Source: Octopus vulgaris
Lineage: Eukaryota
DNA length: 64,000 nucleotides
Assembly: GCA_951406725.2 (NCBI GenBank)
Contig: OX597821.1
Coordinates: 78,864,001-78,928,000 of the forward strand
Reading direction: 5' to 3'
Below are positions 24,901 to 37,657 of this stretch, piece by piece. The stretch's first letter is position 1; each line of letters starts with the position of its first letter. The notes beneath the pieces were generated by a model that worked only from the letters and a program-made list of their open reading frames with translations, was not told the origin of the DNA and searched no databases. The position numbers and the translations under genes are program-made.

Positions 24901-25093
24901 TAACCTTAATTGGGAATTAGTCAGAAGAGCAATACCCTATAAAAATAGCAGAGTAGGTTGTCAACTTTACTCCATGGAAACATTTGAAATACTAATGTAT
25001 AGTAAAAATAGAGAAATTTCATTAAACAGCAGAATTGAACTTGGAAAATCTTGTATACACGCTCGAACTAAGACTCTTAAATATTTTAAATGA
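21904..25093 (+). mobile_element. Penelope-like retroelement (RT + GIY-YIG, Naiad-like), frameshifted, with Asn-rich insertions
   Basis: FIRRIRWR, PADKTGNFY, LKDHK..PSVRLICPTKSDIG, PMGS, LYRDD, FLDITLDL, SNHPP; then CNFR..CP..C, NIIYKC..YVGCT..FKKRLNNH, LNSRIE..CIH, stop at 25091-25093. Confidence 0.9.
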
Positions 25094-25749
25094 TATTTTA
25101 ATTGACAACTGTATATTAAAATCACTTTGTATAAAATCACTTTGATTTATACATTACTCCTACATAATACATTATATATTTAACTAGACAGATACGATCT
25201 AACTAGCTATGATTATATTCTCTCTCTAATTGTACTATTTAATACTTATTGATTTAAATTATTTGATTTATTTCTATTAGACTATATAAATAATTTAAAT
25301 TTTGCTCTATTTTTATCTCCATTTCTTAGTCTATTTCACTTTAACCCATATATAAAAAATTAGTTAGTTAAATCTCTTAGTTTCTTTTACACTAATAATT
25401 AATTCTGCTAATCCCAAACCTATTGTAATGTATTATAATATAATATAATATAATATAATATAATATAATATAATATAGTATAATAATAATATAATTGTTT
25501 GGTTTCATTAAAAAACAACCCCTATTTTCTTTCCTTTCTAATGACCTCTCATTGTAACCCGACAATCTATTAATAGTAACATTTATAAATAAAGAAATAA
25601 ATTGTTGACCTCAGTTCGAATTTTGCACCAAACAAGCTTAGATTTTCTTATAGTATCAACTTGTGTCCATCCCCTTAGCTTCCCGTTCCCTTCTCTTTGA
25701 TAGTATTAATAGCAGTAACTGATTAAATTCTACTTCCTTCCTCCTCCCT

Positions 25750-26205
25750 CTGTGATTCTTGTAAATTTTCAATAACAATCTGCCCCTCTACAGAATAAGA
25801 CTGTCATTTTGCTTCTCATTCGGATTCCCTGATATTTTCGCATGATTGTACCCAAAACTTCTTCACATAACTGGATTATGAACTAGAAGGACATGCACAT
25901 ATTCTGTAAGTTCAAGACTTTTTATCGGATCTCCAAGAATCGAACTTATCTGCGATTCTTATAAATTTCAATAACAATCTGTTCCTCTACACGATATGAC
26001 AGCAATTTTGCTTCTTACTCAGATTTTCCTCTACACGATATGACAGTCACTTTGCTTCTGACTCGGATTTTCAGAAATTTCGCATGACTGTATCCGAAAT
26101 TTCTTCACATAACTTGATTAGCAATTCAATATGAGCTATATATAGACATGCACAAATTCTGTAAGTTTAAGACCTTTCATCGGATCTCCAGGAATCGAAC
26201 TTTCT
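25750..26205. repeat. Diverged ~200-bp tandem duplication with an internal ~38-bp duplication
   Basis: gattctt.taaatt..caataacaatctg ... cggatctcca.gaatcgaactt occurs twice. Confidence 0.8.
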
Positions 26206-26511
26206 TCAATGCAGTTAATCTTACACCCTCTTTGGTATCTACCCCTTTTGATGTTTGGGAATTCTCTGATGTTTTTTCGGCTGACGAGTACGAGCCATCT
26301 GTATTTACTGCATTTTTTGTAGCTTATTAAAGATGTCCTCGTACGAAACAATTGTACCCAGATTTTAATCCATTCTTGTTGCTTTTTTCCTATTTGTAAT
26401 CACCCCACTTGTCGTATGGTTAACACCATATAGATTTCCGGTGCATCCTAGTTAAGGACCATATTCATGTGAATTCATTAGAATTCACTTGAATCTCAAT
26501 TTCTTAAACCG

Positions 26512-26576
<65 letters not shown>

Positions 26577-26738
26577 GATGCATATATGCCATTTGAATAT
26601 GGCTAACCCAAAAGGGTGGATGCTATTGTAGTTTGTAGCCCCAGGAAGACACCTCCTCCCGCTGGCTATAGACACACTATCTGTGTCCTGTCAGTATTTG
26701 TGAAGGGGAGTCATCCTCCCCGTCTTCAACACATGATA

Positions 26739-26783
26739 CACACGTACCCGAGTTTCAAGGTGTTTACCTTTCATCAGCGTGTG
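26739..26783 (-). ncRNA. Type I minimal hammerhead ribozyme
   Basis: Minus: cacacg-CTGATGA-aaggt aaac acctt-GAAA-ctcggg-TA-cgtgtg. Confidence 0.88.
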
Positions 26784-27057
26784 ACAAACATGGTTGTCGA
26801 CGAGAAGTCAGATTCCTTCACAAATACATATACTTTTTCCAGTGTCGATATGACACTGATATTGAAAAAGTGAAATCAAACAATGATAAAGCATCCACCC
26901 TTTTGGGTTAGCCATATTCAAATGGCATATATGCATCACGTTGTGTTACCGCTACTGTTTATAACTCGCTCTGAGATTTATCATTGTTTGATTTCACTTT
27001 TTCAATATCAGTGTCATATCGACACTGGAAAAAGTATATGTATTTGTGAAGGAATCT

Positions 27058-28168
27058 GGGTTAGGAATGCCTTGGTTGATGATGCGCAGGCATGCGTTGA
27101 GACTGAAGCATCTCTGGCACCACCTGGAGGGTGATAAGGTGTGGAGTCCGCTGGCAGGGGAACTTTTCCCGAGACCGGCTTCCTTAGTGAATTTTAAATC
27201 CGGTCACATCAAAAGACGGAATCTGACTTTATGGCAAAAGAAGTGCCGACAGGCACTCACGCTGATCCACAAGGCGGGCAAGGCCGGCTGCGGAAATACC
27301 ACCTCGGTATTTTATAGCAGGCTGGTAGAGGCAAAGAACGACGACGTCCTAGGAGGGGCTCTGGTGTTTGACGAAGACCAGCTTACCAACCTGTTTAAAA
27401 AGACTTTCAGGACGGGGTATTTGGATAACTTCCAAAGATCCCTGGCCTGGCAGTGTTATAGGAATGCTTTACCTGTTCGCGAGAAGTTATCGCGGCACGG
27501 AATTTCAGTGCCACCAACGTGTCCAAGATGCGGGTTGGACGATGACACCGTCCAGCACGATTTTGTACACTGTCGGAAGTTGTCAGACTTGATAAGTTAC
27601 GCAGAACACGTGTTATCGCATCTGGGACGAGTACAGCTGTCGTCTGAGTCTATGATTAAGATGATACCGCCAACTGGACTCTCGAAGGAAGGTGAGGCAT
27701 GTTTTCACTGCACGGTTGCAGTAGTAAAAGAATGCATGTGGCGTACAAGAATGGAAGGAGTCGCAATAGGATCCTTTGTCTCAGGCCCCGGCTTGCTCAC
27801 TTACTTCAGATATCATCTGAAGAGCAAAATGGGGCTGGAAAAGAAGATCTTACCACGAGGTGTGTATGAAAAAAGATGGAAGGAAGTGGGAAAAAAGGTG
27901 GGTGTCAGAAACCCAGCTTAACTATGGATGGAGGAGAGGAAAGAAAAGCTGCGGGGCCTTATAGGTTGCCGGGGTTTAAAATATATCGGTAAGATCGCAA
28001 GTTAATGTAATGTTGTAATGTTCTATTAGTCAATGCAAAGGACAATTTAAATACACATTTTGTATAATGAATAATCCAAAATTTTTAATCGAACCACTTA
28101 ACTGTTTTTTGTATGTATGTCCTGTATTGTCCTTCTATGTAATGATTTTATAATCGTAATAAAGAAAT
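27058..28168 (+). mobile_element. 5'-truncated Tx1 LINE (second family), ORF2 C-terminus + 3' UTR
   Basis: ORF 27046-27921: GLGMPWLMMRRHALRL, RSLAWQCYR.ALPVR, CPRC, all shared with the intact ORF2; ends ..AATAAAgaaa. Confidence 0.88.
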
Positions 28169-28188
28169 TCGTCAACAACCATGATTGT

Positions 28189-28233
28189 CACACGCTGATG
28201 AAAGGTAAACACCTTGAAACTCGGGTACGTGTG
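28189..28233 (+). ncRNA. Type I minimal hammerhead ribozyme
   Basis: cacacg-CTGATGA-aaggt aaac acctt-GAAA-ctcggg-TA-cgtgtg; stem I extends (catgat/atcatg); predicted cleavage after 28227. Confidence 0.9.
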
Positions 28234-31200
28234 TATCATGTGTTGAAGACGGGGAGGATGACTCCCCTTCACAAATACTGACAGGACACAGATAGTGTGT
28301 CTATAGCCAGCGGGAGGAGGTGTCTTCCTGGGGCTACAAACTACAGTAGCATCCACCCTTTTGGGTTAGCCATATTCAAATGGCATATATGCATCACGTT
28401 GTGTTACCGCTACTGTTTATAACTCGCTCTGAGATTTATCATTATATATATATATATATATATATATATACGTACGTACTTACATACATACACACAATAA
28501 AGATACGCCAAACGGAAAATTCGTAGCTAATTCTTCATCAGTGATCATTTAAGACATCATAAAATCTTTGTGCCTTTAACTATTATATTGTACACTTTTG
28601 GTGGAGCCAACGGCGAGGGGGAAAAGGAAATGGATGAGAGAGATGCGAAGGATCACCGGTTATGTGGTAGTGGGGGGAGAGAAAAAGAATGGTTGAATGT
28701 AGAAGGATAAGAAGCAAACAGAGGAAAATGTTAGTAGTGGAAGGAGAAAATGACAGAGGGAAGGCGAGAAAAGAGAGACAAAGCAAACAGAAGAAACAGA
28801 AATTGAGATAGTAGAACAAAGTAAAACGTTACATATAACGTTAGAATGTTCAACTTGTCCATCACAAACGTAATTTTGCTTACGTATAACCAACGTCCTC
28901 ACAGTCGTATTCTGATGGGAAGTTTTCTGTGTATACACATTTAACTGGCTTCACATTTGTTGATTTTCAAAAGTGTAATTTATGAGAAACGTAGAGCTGT
29001 GTCGTGAAATATTCCTAGAAATCGTTTACTTTTATAGAAAGAATGCGTCTCAAATCAGTCAAATACAGATTGATTGGTTGAATCTGGTCAAGTGGTATGG
29101 TAAGGGGATCTTTGAGCTGTTATCTGTTGCGGCCGTCTATTACAATCTTGTGATAGTCACGCGTAAATGTCAACTGAAAGATTTAGTCCTGTAGATTTGT
29201 CATGTGACAGAACAATAAGTGAATGGGTTGTTTTAGTCTGCTCTGTGTGAGTAGGCAGCTATAATCTTATTTATCTAAGTTGTGGTGACGGCTTGATACA
29301 ACTCTAGTGAAGGATTCATTCCCTCGTACCATATTCCAAGTGCCGAAAAATATACATTACTCTTAAACTGTATGGAGTTTATAACAAATTTGAATCGGTT
29401 GTAAAAATAACTGTAAAACATGAATTATTTACGCGCGTGAAAGTTAGATCAAATGTTTAATTAGAAGATATGTCATATAGCAGTTAATAGCTTTGAAACG
29501 ATAAAAGCCACTTCTGAATCTAGGTCTGTTTATCCTTTTGGTTGTGTCCAGTTGCTGTGTGAGCAGCTGTTATCTTATTTCACTAATGCATGTTGATATT
29601 TTTTTTTGTTACACATACAGTTTTAGTGAATGATTTAGTGTCTCTCACCAAATGCGATGAAACGGGTGAGAAAGTAAAGTTACTTTTAAACTAGGTTAAA
29701 AATTTGCCGAAAATTATCAGGGGAATAGTATATAATTACACCCTGCCCTCGACTTACGACAGACGTTAAGTCAATCTGGTCGTATGTCAGATTTATTTGT
29801 CAACACTATTTTCATTGCAACGGATTATAAAGCTATAAAACACAAATATTTCATCCATAATTATTGTGCATAAAGTGAAAAAGGCATTTGTACTCTATTG
29901 TACTTTAAAGAAAAATACAATCTAAAATTAATGTAAAAATTAATACAAAGGAAATTCCGCTTACATACAATTGCAAAAAACTTGTTTCTGTGAAAAAAGT
30001 TTACCTGACAAGAAATGTTCATTCTTCACAGTTTTGTTCTTGGATTGAGGTAGACGGTGTTTCGAGGAACATGTTGGGTTTTGAATAGTTCTTTTCTTTT
30101 TTCGTCATATATCTTACGATAACAACGAACAACATCTTGAATGATGCATTTACATTTTGTGGTCGTAAGGGCGGATGGTTGTACGTCGAGGTGAGGGTGT
30201 ATTTAGTTCTTAAAGTTTTACGATATCTATTAAACATTCTAGTATTTATAGATTACATAAAAATATAGTATACCATCAACATTTTGTATATCACCTATAG
30301 TAAATATATCATCAAGTATGTCATCTACGTCTGTATATCGTCTGTCATCTGCAACTTGTATATTTTCCATATCTAGTATATAACTTATATCCACATGTCA
30401 TCTATACTATGTATGTCATCTATATACAGAGATGTACTTGCACAGCAAGTGATTTGATCTGAGATCGTGTGCTGAAACGAAAACAATTGCAGCGTGGAAG
30501 GTGTTTGTAAGCCATTTAGGAAACACACAAAAGCCGTTCTATTCACTTCAACATTTAGGTTTAAGTTGTCAAAATGTTTTCGTCGCTTTAAGACCGCGAC
30601 CTGTTCACTGACAAAAATCCGTGCTGCATCTATATACAGAATGCCATTTATAACCAGTATGTCGTCAATATCCAACATGCCATCAATATCATCTATATCA
30701 GCTATATACAGTATGTTATATATATATCGAATGCCATCTATATTTCGTATATCCTCTTTATCATCTACATCTCAAAATTTTCGAATATGTCCACTGTCTA
30801 CCGATTATGTTTTATTATATTACGCATGTCTTAAAAGTTTCAATTGTCTATCATCTAAAGAAGATACCCTCTCTGCATTCTACGTAGAGTTAATTAATTC
30901 CCTGATAATTTAGAAATTGATATTCCTTCAAAATAATAACATGAATTCTTATTTTTGAGCAAGTTTTAATATTTTCTATCATAGTAATATTTGTATATTT
31001 ATCGCCGTATTTGAATAAGAAGAAAAACTAAAACCAAAAAATAAGATATATGATTACCTTATATTTCACTCCTGGTGAAATACATTTTCTTAGCGTCAAC
31101 GATTTTTTAAAAAATTGTGATTTACTCAGTTCTTCTCTCTATTACACAGGATGGTGAGTTAAGTTTACTTTAATACCTTCCTGTTATAGGTTCAAATCTC

Positions 31201-32139
31201 TCCTGATTCATCTTCACTCAAGGCTTTAGCGACAGAAAATTGCGTCTAAAATGTTTTACTCAATACCTGACGCACCAAATTGCCCCCATCTAATTTCTGG
31301 TACCAAACCGACCCTAATCCATCATTTAAAGGGATCGGTTTACGTGGTTCTAAATATTCTCCTTGTTTAAATTAACTTTTATTATTCAAGACATAATCTA
31401 TAACAGAGTAGGAACTTAACATATTTTCGCTTTCCACCTGAAACCATATCGATTTATTGCTGTTATCAACATCTTCTGGCACGAAGCATGAATGTCGTTA
31501 TTTTTATATTCTTGCTGAAATTATATTATCCTTCTTTCTTGTCAAATACAACAGCGGCTTCTCTATACCTCTCAAGTACATTCACTTAGAGTTTGTTTAT
31601 AATTTCAGCGACCTCAGTTACAATAAATATATGATGTGTGGATGTCACCTGCCAGCCTTGGTAAATTATACTAAATCAAAATTCAGTAGAACTGTGCATG
31701 TCCTAGGCGAGTGTCAGACAGATCCAGGCAATAACCAAAGCAAAATTATACCTATAATGAAATACACGCAATGTCAAAGTTAGTAAAATCTTCCTTGCTT
31801 CTGTTATGTTATTACTTCTGACAAGGTCGGCGAGTTACCACAATCGTTGGCCCGCCGGACAAAACGCTCAGCAACATTTCGTGCAACGTTACAGTCATAG
31901 TTCAAACTCCGTCCAGAACGATTTTGCTTTTAACCCACTCGAGGTCGATAAAATAGTATCAATTGAACACTGTGGTCGATGTAATCAACTAAATCTCTCC
32001 ACACAATATTTCAGGCCATGTGCCTTATTGCCATAAAGAGAATTCCGGGATATTCTCTCCTGCTCATAATATCAGGCGAGACTGTATGTAATTATATGTA
32101 TGTACACATACATACCCACACAAAATACACACACGTACA

Positions 32140-32520
32140 CAGAGTGGCTCTGTGGTAAGAAGCCTGATTCCCAACCAAATGGTTCCGGCTTTAGTACCAC
32201 TGCATGACACCGTCCGACTAGGGCCTTGTGAGTAGATTTGGTAGAGGGAAACTGAAAGAAACCCATCGTATATATATATATATATATGAGTGTGTGTGTG
32301 TGTTTGTCTATCTGGGCTTGTCCCACTCACCGTCGCTTGATAGCCGATGGTGGTGTGTTTACGTCCCCGTAACGTGGCGGTTCCGCAAAGTAAACGACCG
32401 AATAAGTACTAGGCTTACAAAGAATAAGATATGGGGTCGATTTGTTCGACTAAAGGCGGTACTTTAGCATGGTCGGAGTCAAATGACTGAAACAAGTAAA
32501 AGAATAAAGAATAAGAGAGT
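32140..32520 (+). mobile_element. tRNA-derived SINE
   Basis: tggctctgtggtaa A-box-like head, ggttccgg.. B-box-like region, internal TA/TG microsatellite, (agaata)n tail; second copy at 10.1 kb. Confidence 0.78.
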
Positions 32521-32605
32521 ATAACACACACAGGCACAGGTACACACACACACGTCATATATATATATACGTATATATACATACATACATACATACATAC
32601 ATACA

Positions 32606-32675
<70 letters not shown>

Positions 32676-32679
32676 CATA

Positions 32680-34160
32680 ACTTAGAATAACTTAGAAAGG
32701 TTTTGGCCAGTATTGGCCCAGGCCATGTCTAACTTAATAGCACCACCTGGCGAAGTCTTTCAGTTCAGGATTTGGGCACCAAGGCCCATTCGAGCAGAGA
32801 GTTATTGTTTGCGGAGACATATCCGGGTGTGGGTGGTTTGTCCGGTACTGTTTGAAGGAATTTGTTCCAAAGACTTCTTGAATTTTGTGTGGTCAGTTTC
32901 TTTTTTGACGTGTCCTGGTGTAATGTTGAAGAGAGCGGGTCCAATTGAGGTGAAATAGTTGTGCCGTATTGTCGTTATGTGATGCGATTTAGATTTTTGT
33001 TGTGGACGGATGGCACGTGGTCCAAGCCTTGGATGCATTTTGAAGGTAATGCCAACATCATTCGGACAGTGCTGATGGAATATTTTCCATATCATACAGA
33101 TAATGTAGCGTTCACGGCGTCGTTGGAGTGAATACAATTTCAGCTTCTCTAGTCTACCCCAGTAGTCAAGGTCTGACATGCCATCTATCTTTTTTGTGAT
33201 TGACCTTTGGGGAGCTTCAATTCTCATAATATTTTGTTTTGTGTAGGGAGACCACAGAGGACAGCAGTATTCAAGGTGGGGTCGGGCAAAAGTGGAGAAG
33301 AGAGAAGGATAATAGCGTGGGAATCTCTCGACTGGAAGGTTCTGAGAATCCAGGAACACATTCTGCGGGCCATGTCAACTTTGCTACTTATATGTGTAGC
33401 CCAGCTTATGTTGTTGTCCACTGTTACTCCCAGGTCTCTGATGTTGTTGGATGCCATGAGAATTTCTCCAGAAGGAAGAGAGTATGGGAGTTTCAGAGCG
33501 TCCTCCCTTCCAAAGTGGATCAGTTCGAATTTGTCTTCATTTAGCAACATGTTATTCTTTTCCGCCCATTGGACAACAGCCAGTATGTCTGACTGATGGT
33601 TTATTCGGTCATCCACGCCATTGATGACCTTCTGGAGCTTGGAATCATCAGCGAAGGTTCTGATGTTACTGTGTTTGATGGTGTCAGTAATATCATTTAT
33701 GTAGATGATGAAGAGAAGTGGGCCCAACACAGTGCCTTGTGGGACACCACTGCTGACTTTGGCTGGGCTGGATTTGACGCCTTCGACTACAACATGTTGG
33801 GTTCTGTTAGACAGGAAGCACTTGATCCACTGCAGCAGCTTTCCAGTGACACCAATATTGGACAGCTTTCTCAGAAGGATCTTATGATCAACCCTGTCAA
33901 AGGCCTTGCTGAAATCAAGGTAGATGACATCAGTGTTGGAACCTTCTCCCAAGGCTCTCAAAATGTCATCAAAATGATGCAGTAGCTGCGTCAGGCAATC
34001 TCTCCCATTACGGAATCCATGCTGGTTGGGGTTCAGCATATTATGATTCTCAAGGAAGTGAGTCATACGCAATCTCAGCACCCTCTCAAATACCTTGATG
34101 ATATGAGAGGTGAGTGAGATTGGACGGTAATTCACGGCAAGCGATTTGTTTCCTTTTTTG
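32680..34160 (-). mobile_element. CR1-clade LINE, 5'-truncated, frameshifted RT
   Basis: [63 protein letters not shown]. Confidence 0.9.
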
Positions 34161-34171
34161 ATGTATGTATG

Positions 34172-34219
<48 letters not shown>

Positions 34220-34253
34220 GTACTTATTCTGTCGGTATTTCGCCAACCGCCAA

Positions 34254-34328
<75 letters not shown>

Positions 34329-34336
34329 GGTATATA

Positions 34337-34730
34337 TCTATATATATAAAACTGTAGTTGTGTGAGTGTCTGTCCCCTTCGATTTAGATTCCTAACTACT
34401 CCCACATTTTGCGGTGCAGTTTAACCAAAACCGAGTATCTTATAGTCGTGATTCATATCAAGCCCTTCTGGGTATTAGCGCGCGTCTACTATGAGTCTAC
34501 GATTTTAAAAATAATTTACCATAATTTTTTTCCATTTTCATCCATATTTTTTGAAAGGGAAGTAACTCTCTAAAAATGTCTACGATGAGTCAACGATTTA
34601 AAAAAAAATTTACCATCATATTTTTTCCATTTTTAATGCATTTTTTTGCTATTTTTTGGCTATAACTCTCTAAAAATGCTGTATAGTTATTTCCCTTACA
34701 AACCCGAGCAACGCCGGGCGATACTGCTAG
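34337..34730 (+). mobile_element. Non-autonomous Helitron-like element
   Basis: 5' TCtatatatataaa; 3' hairpin cccg..cggg followed by CTAG and T. Confidence 0.65.
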
Positions 34731-34741
34731 TATATATATAT

Positions 34742-34790
<49 letters not shown>

Positions 34791-35344
34791 TACATATATA
34801 TATATACACATATATGTATGTATATATATGTATATATATATATCTGTGTGTGTGTATGTAGTTACTCCTGATGACCCCACAAGCCTGCTAGTGTCCAGTA
34901 TTATCAGTGTCTTTTTCCGAACCGCTAGGTTATGGCGAGGTAAACACACCAACATCAGTTGTCAGAAAATTTTAATGACATTCACAGATTTTATAAAGGA
35001 GTTCATTCTACAAAAGCATAAATCACCAGTTTAGAATTATTTCCCTTTATTTGAGTTGTTCCACAATTTTCGCACTTTTTGTGAGAGCAAAATACAAATA
35101 GAAAAGGCCATCAAATAGCTTCCATAGTATTCTCAGTTGAATTTCTAACAACTGAAATAATTGTAAATGAAAGTCGTAACATGCTCTTATAGTCTTCATT
35201 AATAATTTTCTTTATATATCTCACATGTATTGATTCCAACCTTAACACTTTTACATTTGTTTTACACCACAAAGTGTTTATTTCCTCTCATTCTTATACA
35301 TTACATATTTGGTTCCTAAGTACGGATATTTTTGTATTGTATAG

Positions 35345-35435
35345 ATTACTTGTTATTTCAACGCAATTTGCAGTGTCAAACATGTCAGGTTTTACGGGCA
35401 AGGAATCAGAAGTGACAAACTGTATAGGCGATGAG
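35345..35435 (+). CDS. Adhesion GPCR exon, probable N-terminal part of the LU-like domain (possible frameshift)
   Basis: ag acceptor, GAG|gtaagc donor in phase 0 matching the next exon; donor frame ..SEVTNCIGDE; LQCQTC lies in another frame. Confidence 0.55.
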
Positions 35436-35559
35436 GTAAGCTGAAATGTTACATTCTTTATATTAATATACATTTAACCCTCACTTAAAGCCAATATGGC
35501 TACGTAACATGTACCAAGATTTCGCTAATTGTTATAGATGTCCATGAAATCGTAAGTAG

Positions 35560-37130
35560 ATACAGACACCCTCTCAGTCTTTCCATCCTTCAATCAGCAG
35601 AACAACATGGATCAGTGGAATGTGTGAACGTACGTGCCTTGGAGTCAACTTGGAAGCAAGGTCCGTTGTTCAGGGACCTCCGATCGCATGACTTATGAGA
35701 TATTCCTGTATCTTAGAATTTTCGTTTGAACGATGGCTATGTTATCAGGCAAGTCACTGAATTTCAAAGTATGGACAGTTATTCTCCACATATGTGCTAC
35801 CAGATGCTCCACTTCGATGCTCTGAAAGCAATGCATTCGTCCAGTGAAGGTGGTATTCCCAGTATAGTAGTTGTGTGATACCACTGTGTCAAGGGGATCG
35901 ATTTCTCAGGGCATCAGAAAGGTTTCCTAGGAAACCATCGCTCTCAATTAGGTGAATTTGAAACTGCACTTTATACACAAGGCTGTGTGAGAGTAATGTA
36001 GAACATCGAAATCCTGCTTTAACGGTTCCAGGGGTCTATAGATTTACGACTGGATTTTCCTGATGTAACTGTACAGACTCGGAGCATCCCAGATTGGTCA
36101 TCTTAATCGTATCTTGAAAGAGTGTTAGGCCAGCAGATAAGGATAGTGTAGGATATCCTTAGTTTAAAGTGGAAGTTGGACGTGTGCCTTCGAACTTGCA
36201 AAGATTACAGGGGTTACACTAATAAATTTGTGAAGCAATGCAATAGTTGAGAGGGATTATCATCCACAACCAGTGGTAATGCGTCCTTAAAGGGACGAAG
36301 ATGACGTTTAAGTTAGAGAGCGTTTAGCGAAGTGCTATCGATAGGGTCCACGCAGAGATGTGAAGCTTTCCCACAGCATTTCGTTCATGTGTTCGGGACA
36401 GGCAATGGATCGGAGACAGTAGTGTTCTGCATATCGATGGACTATCGGCAAATGTCAAGTGTATCGAGAAGCCGATTACATCATTTGAAATATTGAGAGC
36501 AATATACTCTTGCACAAGGTATAAATAGTCCGGTTTGGATGGTCTGCCTTTCGGGTTTTAGTAATACATGCCAGACGAAATCATTCTGCAGGCACTCGTT
36601 CAATGTCCGGATATTGCTGATTTGTGGAATTATGATAAACAACTCCTGTCTGATGGGGGACAGTTCTGGCTATCAACCGAGTACGTCTTGATGAATGCTC
36701 CGCCACCAACCTTTATCAGAGTAGGGAAAGTAGTTTTCCTCTGTCTGGTGACTATAACGAAGGGGGTTGTGTGTAAGATGTAAGTTATGAGTTCTAAGAC
36801 ATTCCTCTTTTGGTCGAGGCCTCATTGACCTCTTCAAGATTCAATTAAGAAATAAATTGTGTGTGGAGAGGAAGGTGCTGTCCATAAGTGAATTTATTGA
36901 AAGGTTGGTGAAAACGCTTGAAGTCGCAAGAGCGAATGGCACTGCTCTAAACGTATAGACCCGTGTGACGGAAGAACATTAATTGGAGAGGGCAGTTGCC
37001 TTTAATATTCAGGGTGAGGTTGGATGGTGGGGTTCTTCGATTGGTTCTAGAGGTCCTCCATATATTTACAATTCCATTCTATGAGCATCCACACACTTTA
37101 TGTCTTTATTTGTATTGGCCACTCATCAGT
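35560..37130 (+). mobile_element. Heavily decayed Tx1-like LINE
   Basis: 36568-36783 DEIILQALVQCPDIADLW..APPP..GKVVFLCLV aligns by eye to the Tx1 ORF2 C-terminus; 5' boundary approximate. Confidence 0.65.
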
Positions 37131-37236
37131 CGCCCATTACCAAAATACAAAAATGATTATTATAATCATTATTATTGGGATATATCCAACTTTACCAGAA
37201 ATAATTACTTCATGTTTTCTTGAAGTTTATAAATTA

Positions 37237-37657
37237 CTAGCAGCATAGCCCGGCGTTTCCCGGGTATGTAAGAGCCCCTAGTAGGCAACGACTAATCCCA
37301 ATCTAGTCCTTTCTCTCTAGGGAACGAAGGCGCATGTGTAGGTTGCAATGTCTTCTCTTCACTCGAATACTTCTGTGTATACGATGTTCCTAGCTGTCCC
37401 TAGCTGTCGAGTTGTGTCCCTTAGACAGAAAATGTGTTGCATATAAAAAGCTTAGATTCTCGACCCCATGTCGAATTTATCAATTGTTTGCAGAACTGGG
37501 AGAACTTTTCAAAGTTTTCGCTGCGTTAGTTTTGAATTATGACATTGGGCTATGTGTGTGTCAAGTTTCATCAAAATCGGTTGAAAGCCGTGGTCAGGGT
37601 GAGGGTACAACCTGACAGACACACAGACAGACAAACTGCCGTTTATATATAGAGAGA
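37237..37657 (-). mobile_element. Non-autonomous Helitron-like element
   Basis: Minus 5' TCtctctatatataaa; 3' cccgg..ccggg hairpin then CTAG. Confidence 0.65.

Larger units (their letters stand above)
26577..28443 (+). mobile_element. Hammerhead-bearing ~350-nt retrozyme/PLE-type repeat: inverted copy plus partial tandem copies, interrupted by a Tx1 fragment, in (TA)n
   Basis: 26891-26985 repeats directly at 28349-28443; 26577-26800 is the reverse complement of ~28170-28395; 26808-26890 is the reverse complement of ~26975-27058. Confidence 0.8.

Noticed and set aside
24660-25093. Selenocysteine (UGA) recoding as reported for some Naiad PLEs
   Set aside because: No in-frame TGA at the Cys positions of the zinc-finger or GIY-YIG region, and no SECIS recognised
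28510-28546. Minus-strand CTGATGA followed by a hairpin
   Set aside because: GAAA and the cleavage triplet are missing
29730-30260. Possible piggyBac-like transposase relic (minus)
   Set aside because: Too degraded to support by eye
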